From the NCBI GenBank assembly GCA_965202585.1, contig OZ241827.1, positions 75,330,001 to 75,394,000 on the forward strand: DNA of 64,000 bases. The letters are read 5' to 3'. Positions 11,401 to 24,000 of this stretch are shown here, piece after piece (position 1 is the first letter of the stretch; the number at the start of each line of letters is the position of its first letter). A model generated the notes under the pieces. That model saw only the letters and a list, made by a program, of their open reading frames with translations. It did not search any database and was not told the origin of the DNA. Source of the stretch: Thalia democratica. Taxonomy: Eukaryota. Made by a program: the position numbers and the translations under genes.

Positions 11401-14400
11401 GGGTAAGCAAACTGCAACCTAGAGTAAAATGTAGCTGGTAAAGCGAAATCTGAGGCCCGTTATGTACTTTTTAGTCTAAAACTTACTTTTTGAAAGCAAA
11501 AAAAAAGTGGTCTAAACAAATGCTGTTAACTATTCAACATCAAAAAAGTGCTTGTGCTTTATCATTAGTTATTTATTTTATTTATCATTTTGAATAAGGA
11601 ATGCAAACTGCACCTTACTGTATTATAATGACCCTTGGCATAATATTAATGTTTAACAAAAAAAAATCTCTTATTTAAAAGGGTCCTTATTTATATTGTA
11701 AGTTTAAAACGGTTAAGGCTTTATATACAATTAAATTCAAGCACGATTTCTGAAAAAATTTTCAAGCAAAAGTTTCTACTTAGCTTTAGGTTTAGTTTAA
11801 CCGTTCTTTAAACTAAACCAGAAGCATTGAGGAATACTACATTATTGCATAAAATAGTATGTTAGAAGTTGGCAACGGATAAGACTCACAAGCAAGACAT
11901 AAATCCCTCAATGTACATTTAGCATGGAATAATTATTATTTTAAAAAACAATTTGCAAATTATTAGATTAGCCTAACTATAAAACTTACCTTTGTTTAAA
12001 ATTTCTACTAGGTTTTTAAAGTTTAAGAAACGATCTTTAAACTAGCTCTATAATTTAATTAGTTTTATTCTACTTTTAACAAACTTAATTTGTTGTATTA
12101 TAACAAAATTTTAAATATGATATGCTTAAAAAAATCATAGGTTCTTTTCCACACTGGTGACAAGAATTGTCCGGTTAAATCGCTGTTGATGTATAAACAA
12201 AGGAACAGCAACAGTCACGACCCAAACACACCATTTTTGCAATTTTGCACGCAATTTTATTCGATGAACACTGATAATCCGCTTACTTTCTCTGCATGGT
12301 ACGCAAACACAGAAACAGGAAAAGCAAATGTTACGTACATAAGTAACATTATGGCAAAAATGTGTGGTAAGTTGTATTTTTATTTTGTTCTTTCTAAAGT
12401 CTTTTTCAAAACCATCTACTACATTTTTCATTATAGGTGGACAAAATGACCAACAAAACGAGCTGTCTTTTTGGAAGGAAAAGCACTACACCAACTTATG
12501 TATTCTTGAAACAAGTAAAATCAGAACGCCACAAGAAAACTGCCAAGTTACAGTAAAACAAGTTCGCAACATCAACGAATTGTTTAGAGGTTACTCCTGT
12601 TGCGAACTAAAGCAAGCTGCTACAACATCGAGTGGACCAAGTTCTGCTACATTGGCAAACAACCGTCAGAGTCTTTTTCTGCCTCCTACTCAGAGGCCAC
12701 AAAACATTTTTCTTTCTAATATCTATCAAGCGTACAAGAAACAGAAGAATTTTTTCATCAATGTGAATAGAAAAATTGTTGAAAAGTTACACTATATTCT
12801 TCTTAACCGTCAGCTAAATAATGTAACGCTGCTGAACGAACTTCTCGAGTATGGGGTCAACCCTTCGGATGAAGACCAAATAAAATCTCTAATGGAACTC
12901 CATTCTTACCAATTAAACTTCGTCTGCCCACCTCTTGCTGTAAACAACCAGGAAAAGGAGATCTACAAACGGTACATCGCCGAAGCTTGTTCGTTTATCG
13001 ATTTCAGGAAAATAATTTTGAGTCAACCGTTCAGAACTTTCTATGCCAACATGCTTAAGTTGAAGTTTGGCATGGATCTAGAAAATCATCTCCACGTTCG
13101 CGCCATTGAGAAAGCGTCCGATATCATATCAAGAAGATAGGCAATAAAGAAGATAGGCTTCCGGTTTTACAATGTTTTTACCAATTGCACATTTCTTTTA
13201 GAATTCTTTTACGTTCTGTTGTTGTTATGCAGTGTTTCGCTTTTACAGTATGCTTTACTTTTTAATGTTATTAAGGAGACTGAAAAATTTTACTGCTTAA
13301 ATCTCCATACATCCACTTTAAAATAAAGTTTTTACCACTCGTACGTTTTTTCAAGCATTTATTTACATTCCTCTAACTTTATCATGCAGTTTCTCACACT
13401 TGCAGTATCGAACTTTTTCAAAGTTTTTATGACGACTGAATATCTTCTACTTCTAGTTTCTTCCTAAATGCGTGTTTTTAGTCGTTTGAATTTTTTTGAA
13501 AATTTTATGCATTTACAAGTACTTTAAATGCTTAAAGAAACTTTCTAAAAGCCGTTTTTATAGAGTTAATTTGCTGTTTATTTGTTTTGTTTAAGTGCTT
13601 TGAATTAAAATTAGTCTAAATAATTTACTGTTTCTTAGAAATAATTACTAAATAAAAGCATTTTTTGATTTGCATTTTGACAAAAAAAATGTTTTCTTAA
13701 TCTTAAGCTGACACAAGTAGATTTAAAGTGTGTTTATAGAATAGTAGAATAAAGTATAATTTTTTAAAAACAAAATGATGTTGTCATTCTATAATTAAAT
13801 CTTTCACGAAGAACTAAAAACTTAAGTAAAAAACGGTTAAAATACCAAAAAGTAATAAAATAATTATATTACTTTAGTAGCTTTTAAAAAATGTTAGTAA
13901 ACTTAAAAAATATCATAAGCACAAAACTAAAAAATACACAAAAGTTTAAATTTGTAATAGTTAAAGAAATGAATTATTTAAGTTTTTAATTATTTTAGAA
14001 CGTACAATATAAGAATTTATTTTGAAAGCGTGTTATTTTTTGTGACCAGAAAAAATGAAAAGTATTCAATAATCAGGAGCATCATACTTATTTGATCATT
14101 ATTTAAATAGCAAAATCGAAAGTATTTTAAACTTGTTTTAAAACAGAAGAAAAGTTTTTAAAGTTTCAAACTTGCATGTAAAAAAAAAACTTCGTAATTT
14201 CCTTAAAACGTAAATAAGCGGAAACTTGCTAATAATATGCATACAAGTTTTATGCTTGCTTTCATTTAAAATATCAGCATTTAGTATTTGTTGGAAGAGA
14301 AAAAGGTAATAAAAAGTTGATAAGATTAAGTCAAAAAATAAAAGTTATGTTTTCGACCGAAGTTTTCTCAGAACTTAATCAATACAGCTAAAACAACTTG

Positions 14401-15490
14401 ATTGTGTTTAGATAAAGTTTTTTAAAAGAAAAATGTTTAATGCGGTCATAGCAAACAGTCATTAATCTATATACAAGCATTATTTAAACCAAATATCTTT
14501 TAATACATTAGTTAAATTAATTATTATATACGCTAAATCAGTAATTGACTAGAAAGCATTACTTTGATAGGTATAAGAACAAAAGATTTGAAAAATTGAG
14601 AAATTTTTAATATACCCTGAAAAGTACTTATACTTACTCATGAAGTCAATTTATTTTTTTAGTTTGAATTGATTGCTTTCTAAACTTTACTAGTAAGTAA
14701 GCATTTGTAATCTTTGTCAATTATAAAAGTTTAAAGCGTATATTATCTGCTGTATATCTTCTTATTTGAAAAATAACCAGGTTCAACAATTAGTCAAAGT
14801 GTTTAAACATATGTTGGAGTATATTTTTATTAAAGTAGTTTCAAAAATCTATGATGTTTTAGACTCAAAATATATTTGTAAAGTTTTGCAACATAACTAC
14901 ATAAGGTCTTCCAAATTTGATTATGTCTAACTTTTTATGTATATTTTTTTATAAATTTATTCTTATGCTTATTCAAGGGTAAGCAAACTGCAACCTAGAG
15001 TCAAATGTAGCTGGCAAAGCGAAATCTGAGGCCCGTTATGTACTTTTTAGTTTAAAACTTACTTTTTGAAAGCAAAAAAAGTGGTCTAATCAAATTCTGT
15101 TTTTTATTCAATATCAATAAAGTGCTTGTGCTTTATCATTAGTTATTTATTTTATTTATCATTTTGAATAAGGAATGCAAACTGCGCCTTATTGTAATAA
15201 AACGACCCTTGGCATAATATTAATGTTTAACAAATAAATAAAAAAAAATCTTATATTTAAAAAGGTCCTTATTTATATTGTAAATTTAAAACGGTTAAGG
15301 CTTTATATACAATTAAATTCAAGCACGATTTCTGAAAAAATTTTCAAGCAAAAATTTCTACTTACCTTTAGGTTTAGTTCAACTGTTCTTTAAACTAAAC
15401 CAGAAGCATTGAGGAATATTACATTATTGCATAAAATAGTATGTTAGAAGTTGGCAACGGATAAGACTCACAAGCAAGACATAAAGCCCT
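8421..15490 (+). repeat. Local tandem duplication, unit ~3.56 kb (8421-~11930 and ~11943-~15490)
   Basis: Both units begin acttacctttgtttaaaatttctactagg and end near ...catttagcatg. Each carries the last two DUF3504-like exons. The units differ by scattered substitutions and indels. Confidence 0.95.
12141..13140 (+). CDS. Duplicated last two exons of the DUF3504-like gene (12141-12366, 12437-13140), frame intact
   Basis: Acceptor atcatag, donor G|gtaagt, 70-nt intron, acceptor ttatag, open to TAG at 13140. It has no upstream exons of its own. Confidence 0.65.
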
Positions 15491-15850
15491 CGATGTGCAT
15501 TTAGCATGAAAACTACTTTACAAAACAAAAAATAGTATCTTTCTGAATCAAATTTGTAATGGTATGGTCTTAATTTATTCATAATACATACTAAGTGTGT
15601 TTGTGTATATTTTGTTAAACTTTTAATGCTGTAATGATCTTTTAGTGTAACGAGACCCTTCAAAACGTTTTGCTTAACATGTTCGGCCTGACTAAGTCTT
15701 TTTTTAGTTAGTCCGGCTTGTTGAACAAAAAACTTATTGACCCATAAAATTTATGTGTACCGTTTTAAACAAAATCCGCAAAGTCATTACTTTTAGAATC
15801 AATAGATTAAAGATTAAAGACAAACAATATAAAGCAAAAACTCAAGCAAT

Positions 15851-18215
15851 ATGGAGCAGCAGCAGATGGAGCAAGCTTTCGAGGAAGCAGATAACATTGT
15901 TTCACTGGGAGGATGGTCTGACACGATCCCTGCGACAGAAGAAGTTCAAAATGTTGCGAATGAGGTAACAAGTTTAATTGAAAAACTGCAAGTTACTTTT
16001 ATAAAACAAAATATTTTAAAAGTGTTAATATTTTAAGAAATTCAAAATTGAGATTGAACAGTAACCCTACATCATAGTTTTTATTTTTTAATTTACCTTT
16101 CATTTAAGGTGAGAGGCCACGTAGAGATGAGATACGAAAACTTGAAAGAGTTCAAAGCAGTTTCGTACAAGAGTCAGGTTGTAGCCGGAACCAACTACGA
16201 AATTGAAGTGATTTTTGTGGTGTCTTGTTTATGTTAATATTTTTCGTTAACTATATACATCAAGGGTTGGTACCCCAAAACTATTGCTTCACCTTGAAAA
16301 AAAAATAAATAAGTTTACAAAAAGCATCAGTTTCAAAATTTAAGTTTTTTAAGATCATGCTTTCATTGCTGCATGCCCGACTTAAGCTGCACCATCCAAA
16401 ACTAAATTAAAATATCTTTTCAAGCTGAAAACTGAGTCTTTAACATATATAAGATTTGTTATGAAAAAAAAAAGTTATGAAATCTTGAAGTTGTACAAAA
16501 ACACAGCCACAATATTATTAAATGTCATTAGATTTCCTGCTAATTTTCTATTATCTTATTTTAGATATTCGAAAATTTGTAATGTTGTAGCTACAAACTC
16601 AATCTGTGTCAGCTTCATCTTAAACATACACAACTTTCAATACAAAAAGTTTTTTGATAGCTTAATGATGGATATGCATGATCTACATGTAAATTCAAAA
16701 ATTGTTTTCGAAGAATAAAAACTAAAAAATGTATTGATTGTAAACGAACTATCAAAAATAAGCGAAATTTTTAAGCGATAGGGTAAAGCCGGCAGGCAAA
16801 GAAGAAACAACATGAAAAACGAAGCATGCTTGCTATAAGGTGAACACTATTTAACGGCATGAGCTAGCAAGCGCGTGCGTAGAGAAGTAACAAAATCAAC
16901 AGGCTACGCTAAAGGTGCAAATAAAAGCAAGGCAACAAGTGCAGTTTACCAAAAACAAGCAAAAAAGTAAAAAAGACGAAGTGCTCACAGCTCAAGACAA
17001 AAGTTTTAAATAAGGGGAAATTTTTAATAATTAGCTTTTTCGAATCCCTTCACAAAAACTCCACGCGTTTGCATTAAAACCTTTTTACGTGATCACATAC
17101 GAACTGCTACTTTAATTTTTTAAAACAGGTTCAAATTGATGATGAAAAGACTACAACTATTTTCGTTTTCAAGCCTCTGATGGGTAAAAAGGCAGAGTTT
17201 AAAGGATTCAAAAAGGAAGTTCAACATGACTCTAACATTCTTGGAGGATACAGTGATGTTAAAAGGGCAACTGAAGAAATACAGAAGATTTGTGATCAGG
17301 TTTCTTTAAACTTAGTATAAATACCTCTATAGAAAGGTTCAATCATACTTTTTTAGATATTTTATTTAATTAATCCAAAATTTTCAAAAAATAAGAAAAA
17401 TAACTTAATAGGTTATATTATTAAAGGTTTTAATAAAATAAATATTTAAAGCTAACATTTCAAACTCTGCATTAAAGAAAATAAAGAAGAGCAAAAAAGT
17501 ACTAAACTAATAATTGAAAATTGGTTTAAGGATCCAATATTTTTTCTACAGCTTAAAATGAAGCACATTTAAAACGAGTCTAAAACAATTGTTTTTAAAG
17601 ATAAGAGCACAAGTTGAGAGTGGGTACGGATATGATGTGAAGTTTGGCATGTACTTGGCACTACAATACCAAAAACAAGTTGTAGCCGGAACAAACTACA
17701 AGATACTGGTAAGAAATTTTTGATATTAAAGACTATGTTAATCTCGAGATTGAAATATTAAAGTATCTTGAAGTTTATAATGCAGTTTTGGAATACATTC
17801 AAATGCGACTACAGTTGAAGTTTGCTTTAGTATGATTATAAAGAAATAATAAACACTGAATAACATCAAAATTTTTTTGTAATTTTACAAAATGTGTTAT
17901 TACAAGCTTTGTATATATTTTTTACTTTACAATTTGTTTTCCATTTTGTGAAAAATATCTTTTTATTTTTATATTTTGAACAATTCAAATGTGATTATCT
18001 GTAATAGTACAAGACATTGTTCTTTAACGTAATTCAATAAAAATATGGTGTTCGCATTTTGTGTAAGTTAAACAAAAAATTGTCGTTAAATAATTTGAAA
18101 ACAAACTAAAAAAATATTTATAATTTAGATTCAAATCGACCTTGCCCGGGTGTTTGTCACAGTTGAAGTGTTCAGAGGTCTTAATGGATCTGTGACTATA
18201 AACAAAATTTTTTAA
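15851..18215 (+). CDS. Two-domain stefin-like (type 1) cystatin, 192 aa, copy 1. Exons 15851-15964, 16109-16207, 17129-17299, 17601-17708, 18129-18215
   Basis: All junctions are GT-AG and phase 0. Two LGG(W/Y)S N-terminal motifs and two QVVAGTNY motifs. No signal peptide. Ends ...VTINKIF*. Confidence 0.92.
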
Positions 18216-21200
18216 AGCTATAAATTTTTGAGTTTTATTCCAGATTATGTACACGTTTTAATGAATTTTCTGCTAATTTTGTTTCTAGGGTAAAATAAAA
18301 AATTTTAATCTTTGTTAAGTATTTTATACTCACTTTTCAACATCATTTATGGCAATTATTCAATAAGTGTACTCGTTTTTTAAATAAATCCTTTGAGTAA
18401 TTTATATATTTTTAATATTTTTTGAATTTTTTTGAGTAAATGTTTCAGCCTGATGTTGAAAAAAAAGAATGATTTTAAATAACTAATTTTAATTGGTTTT
18501 TAATATTTTTTGCAAAAAAAAATCTTTGCTGTAAAATAGAAATCTGACTATGTATAAATATAAACTATAAAAATACAATATGATAAATTGCATGCATACT
18601 ATACTGAGTTTTACTAAAAGTGTACAGCTCTTTGATTTTAGATAATGTTTTAAGTTTTTTACTGTTACATTTTCAATCAAATAGTTTTAGTTTATAGTAT
18701 TTAGACTGAAAGATAAAAGTTACTTTTAATCCTAAACAAATGTTGTCACCACAAAAACAAATAATTTTATCAAATGTATTATAAAAGGTTTTAAAGTATT
18801 TTGAAAACTCAAAACAAGTTGTTTTTAAAATTTTATGTTTGAAAATACAAATACTTATCATAATATAAAGCATCGCTTTATTAAAGCTCCAAAAAACAGC
18901 ATAAGGTTTTTTATATGCTAATGTGCAAATTTAAAGTCGGAAATTACGCTAGTGTAATGTTTGCACATAGCAAATACAAAAACAAAAAGAGCTTCCTTGT
19001 TTGACTAGTTACAAAACTTATAAATAAATACAAAACATTCTACAAAAGCTCTGTATGTACGTGTTTAATTTTTAAACTTCAATTACTTTACTTTATAATA
19101 GCTTTTTTAATGTTAACTTTTTTTTCGATACATTTTACAGATGCAACAAAACAAAATTTTATAGTTAATATTTTTAAAGTACTAATTTAAATTTTTTGTG
19201 TCGGCTACAATGATGGTAACAAAAAGCAAAACAGTAAGAATGAAAAAATATGTTTAGTCAATTAGTTTTAGTAAAATGATTTACCACAATCTGTATTAAA
19301 TTGAAATTTACAGCTTTCAATTCTTATTTTGATAATATTTGTACTGTACAACTTATTCATAATTAATCATTTTGCTTTATCTACTTTAATATCGTTACTA
19401 ATTTTTTAATATTTCTAATCGATTTATACAATTGTGTTTTGTCTTTGCAACCTGTAATTTTTGTATGTATTTTATAAGATTTTAATAAAATTATAACCAA
19501 GCAGATTTAGAAACTATATTAATCTGAAAATTACTTATGAAAATATAAATTACAATTATTTAATATATTTATCCTTTTAATTTTAGACTTAAAATGAAGG
19601 TTTTGTTTTTAATTTTCTTAAGATTTCAATAAAAAAAAAGAAGCTTTCAATTGCTGACTTAAGAAATACGAGAGTAAAACAAAGTTTTTGTGAAAAATCT
19701 AAAACTAACTTATGCCAAAAGTTTATTGCGGTAAATTTAATAAATATATTTTGTTTTATTTAAACCTTTTAATATATACTTTTAAACTTTCTTATTAAGT
19801 TTATTGACTAATATTTGACTTAGTACTTCAATAAATATTCTTTGAAAAAACATATAAAAAACATTAGTTTATAATACAGTTTGTATGATCTGTTTTTAAT
19901 TATTATTTTATTTTTAAAAATATTCTTGCGACAAAAAAAAATTAAATAAAACTTTATATTTCTATTTGGTCGCAAACCATTAAAAAAAGCATTTTACGGG
20001 CTATTTTTACCTTTTCTCTATAATACAGTTCGATAAATTTAATAATATTTGTAGTACTTTTTAATTCTGCACCTAACTCACGTTAAAATAAACACAAGGG
20101 TTTTCATTGAACAAAAAAATCCTATATATAAAAACAACGCAAGACAAAAAGAAAGGAAAGTAACAAAAGGTTGTACATTTCTTTTTTGCCGCAACCCAAT
20201 AAAGAAATCATGATTACGGGCCGTAATTTTACCCTACATTAGCTGTGTGTGACCCGCGGGCTGCAATTTTCCGATCAATCGTTTATACCAAAATATAGAA
20301 GTAGCAGAAGAATTTATAAGCTCAATTTTGTATCATATTACTGAAGGATTCTAAATGTAGTTCTAAGTAACTTAAGTTTTTTTTTATCAATAGAAACATT
20401 TGTGATTTTAGTGTTTTCCTCACAATTTGCAATGTATTTTTGCAACAATAAAATTGAAAATAGTCTTATACTCAGCATTTTTAAGTTTATTGCTTTGTAA
20501 GTATAGTTTACACTGGTTTTCAAATAACTTAAATAACGTTTTTAACGTTGATACTAAAATACAGTAGTATGTATACAAAAGTTATGTAAATTGTAATCAA
20601 CTTAAAAACTTCGAAATTAAACAACACACTCCTGGGAATTCAAATATACAAGTTTTATGAACTATGAAAAAAAAACGCTCATTATATTTGTTTATAAGGC
20701 TCAATGTAGTTTAGAACACTTAAATGAAAAATTATAGTTTTGTATTTATAAAAATATCATACCACCCAACTAAACTTACTAAGTTTCATTATAATTTATA
20801 GACCGTTTATATCAAAATAGATACAAAAATGCTAAATATTTTTCTAGAAAAACAACTTTTTATATAGCTAAGTCATAGCTTTTACTAATTATCTATTTGC
20901 AATCGATTGCAATTAAATATATATTAAGTTATAAATTACACTTTAATCTGAGCTAAATTTACTCTATTAAAATGGTATACAGTTTAGCACAATTTAACGT
21001 TTCTTCTTAGTTATGTCCCCCGTTTTGTTGATAAGTTTCATATTTGTGTACTAAATCAATGCATATTTTATGACTTAATAATAGTTATAGTACATTTTTT
21101 TGTTTTAAAAACATTGTAAAAAGCACTACCGATAGTAAAACAATAATTAATTTTATTTTTAATTGTGATTTTTAAAATTTACCTATACTTAAAATTACTA

Positions 21201-24000
21201 TACAGAAAATGACAGAGTAAAATGATCTATTATAAATTATGAAGTATTAACTTTTACTTGAGTACAGTTTTACTTCTTTACTTGTTAAGTTTAGATTAAA
21301 AAGTTAACAAAATAACATCATCAAAAAAACCTTCAATCATATCCTTTCAGGGTCCTCATTGAAATTAATTGGAACAATTTTGTCTCTTGTGTGCATTTAA
21401 ACTTATATGTATTTTTTGGGGAAAATTTTTAGTTAACTAAAAGGTTTATTTTTGGAAAGATGATAGCTGAAATTATTTTACCACATATTGTAAAAATTAA
21501 CTAGTTTATATTTTAGCACTTTTAAGATTTAATTAAAAGCTGAATTGATTTCAAGAGCTTCACAGAATTAAACACTCTAAAATAAAATAAAAATATTGAT
21601 CATTCAAATATTCCAATATAATTACATTATCAAAATATAGGGTATAATGCAAAAATATCTTTCTAGCTACGATAGTTTAGTGATTTCTACATGTCTTATA
21701 TAAGGCACAACCGAGGATTCTAGCATCAGTTACTACTTATAAATACTATCTAATATATTAAATGTTTGTGTTGATAACCGAAATTTAAAAGCAATAGAAC
21801 ATTTTGATATGCTTTTATTAAGATAGTGTTATGCATAAAGCTTGCTCAATATAATAAAAAAACTAAATATAAACTCTTTAGTAAAACATTTTTTACTTAA
21901 AATTAAATTTCAAGTTTTTTATTTTTATTTTTATAATTATTATTATGTTAAGTTTAATAGCATTTTCCTACACTAAGAGCAAAGATTTAAATTACTATTA
22001 TGATGCTAATTTATAGTAGCTTACTAGATAAAATAGTGACTTAAGCAAAAACTACTATTAAAATTTTTTTTTATAAACTTTATAGACAGTATAAACACCT
22101 GCTATAAAAAACAAATTTAACATAAATTTTATATCTATCAAATCTTTATCAAATACAATTGAATTTATAAACTTTAACAATTGTCTGTGCAAAATTTATG
22201 CCAACAAATAAATTAATACAAATAAATATACCCTAAATTTAAAAATTTTGGCAAAGTTTAAATATATTTTTATTTATTTTCTAATATTTCTGAATATTCA
22301 TTTACATTTACTAATTAACACCAATAGACATTGAGTAAAAATTCTACACATATATGCTCTTTTAAAGAAAATGTGCTGAATTGACTAAATCTAAAGATAA
22401 TATTTAGTAAAAAGTTGCTTAAAAACTAGTTTCTGACAAAAAAATAATCTTAAGTCAAAACTGTTTTTGATTTTTAAAAGTTTTCAAGCATTAAATTTGT
22501 TAATTTGATTAAAATAACTGGTTACGACAGCTACCAAATAAAACAAGAAAAACCAGGTTGCAGAATGTCACATGCATTTCTGTTGATATTTTTGTGGTTT
22601 TGTTTATTCCAGTTTAATAAAAAGTATTATTAGTGTCTTCATCCTGCTTATGTTGTCATATTTTAAATTGGTAAATTTTTCTATATACTGTCAATAAAAT
22701 ATTTAATAAAATATTAAAATAAAATAAGGTGACAAAACAATTATAAACTTTGCATTGAAAAACTTTAAATATAATTAAAGTAAAACATAAAATTTGTTTT
22801 GCGAGCTTTTAAATTTACCGCTAATTAATAAAAAAATATTAAGTTTGATTTTCTTGAATTATTAAATAATCGAAACAATATATGAAAATTTTGCAAAAAA
22901 GTACTAAGTCTAAAACTTAACTAAGTAACAGTAAACATTAAAAAAATTTTCAAAATTGTATAAGAATTTTCAGTTGGTAAAACATTTTATGAGTTTTTTT
23001 TAAATAAATTGATAAACAACTTTTTAGACTTTACTTTTGTAAGACTAGCTAAAGCAAATTTTCTATTTGGGTTCATTTTCATTTGAAATCTTAATATTAA
23101 AACTTAAAACTGAAACAGAGTCTTTACCAACTGACATTTCGTAGATAACATTATCAATTGTAACTGTCAAAATTTAAATTCAGCTTGGGAGTGAAAAAGA
23201 CTATGTTAACAAAAATAAGTTGGATCCGACCTGCATAAGGTAAAATCAATTTTTAAACTAATAAACTACATCAGGGATCGACAAACTGTGGTCCAAGGCC
23301 AACATGTACTTAATGATACATATTGCCTACAACCCAAAAAAAAATTATAAAACTTATAATGTATATTGCAAGGTTTAAAGTGAAAATGTAAGAGTACTGG
23401 GTAAAACCAACGGTAAATTATTCGAACAAAGTAAATTTAACAAAGTTGTAACTTATGAGAAAAGAAAAACAAAGTAAAAATTTTGTGAATTTGTAAATTG
23501 ATAAGTATCAAATCAGAATTCAGAACCACTTTTAAAAATAGTAAAGTTACTTTGATCCATAAAATATAATTTACTTTATGTTAAAGTAATCAACATTGTA
23601 AACAGGTAGCACACAAAAATAGTTGTTTGTTCTTTATCAAGTTTTAACAACAGTTCGATTATCAGATTTAACCTGCTAAACGCATTAAAAGTAATTACAA
23701 TTAATGTTTACTAAACTCAAATTTAATAGAGTCATTATTAAAATAGCATAGCTTTAAGTAACAAAAACTACAAGTGGATTAAATCAAATTAATTGTTTCT
23801 ATATATATGTGTAACCATTTTATGAGTCAAAGAAAACTTACTAACATTATCAGTTTTTTATTATTTGACTATAATATGTAATAAAATAAAATTAAATAAA
23901 AAAATTATAGCTTTTGAATATCTTGAAAATCATAAAATCATCAAATACTTAAGTTAAATAATACTGCTAAAATTTTTAAAGAGTATTATTTGTTTTTATA

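Larger units (their letters stand above)
1..20379 (+). repeat. Segmental duplication, direct copy 1 (paired with ~30335-46465)
   Basis: Position 1 (agtttattagataa...) aligns to ~30335. Homology runs through the DUF3504-like exons, Gypsy remnant and cystatin gene and ends at aagtaacttaagttt (20379 / 46465). The ORF track shows duplicated ORFs (12364/38697, 15851/42185, 18024/44349). Confidence 0.95.

Noticed and set aside
11788-11820. 11-bp hairpin GGTTTAGTTTA...TAAACTAAACC
   Set aside because: Plausible by chance in AT-rich DNA, and imperfect in the other copies.
12364-12436. N-terminus MVSCIFILFFLKSF... of the 258-aa ORFs (looks like a signal peptide)
   Set aside because: It is the 70-nt GT-AG intron read in frame from a GTG codon.
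16461-20523. Several 60-85-aa AT-rich ORFs (16461, 18024, 18489, 18673, 20338 and their duplicates; likewise 4448, 32693, 63150)
   Set aside because: F/I/K/L/N/Y-biased translations of intronic or intergenic DNA. They recur only because the DNA is duplicated; 18024..18254 is antisense to cystatin exon 5.
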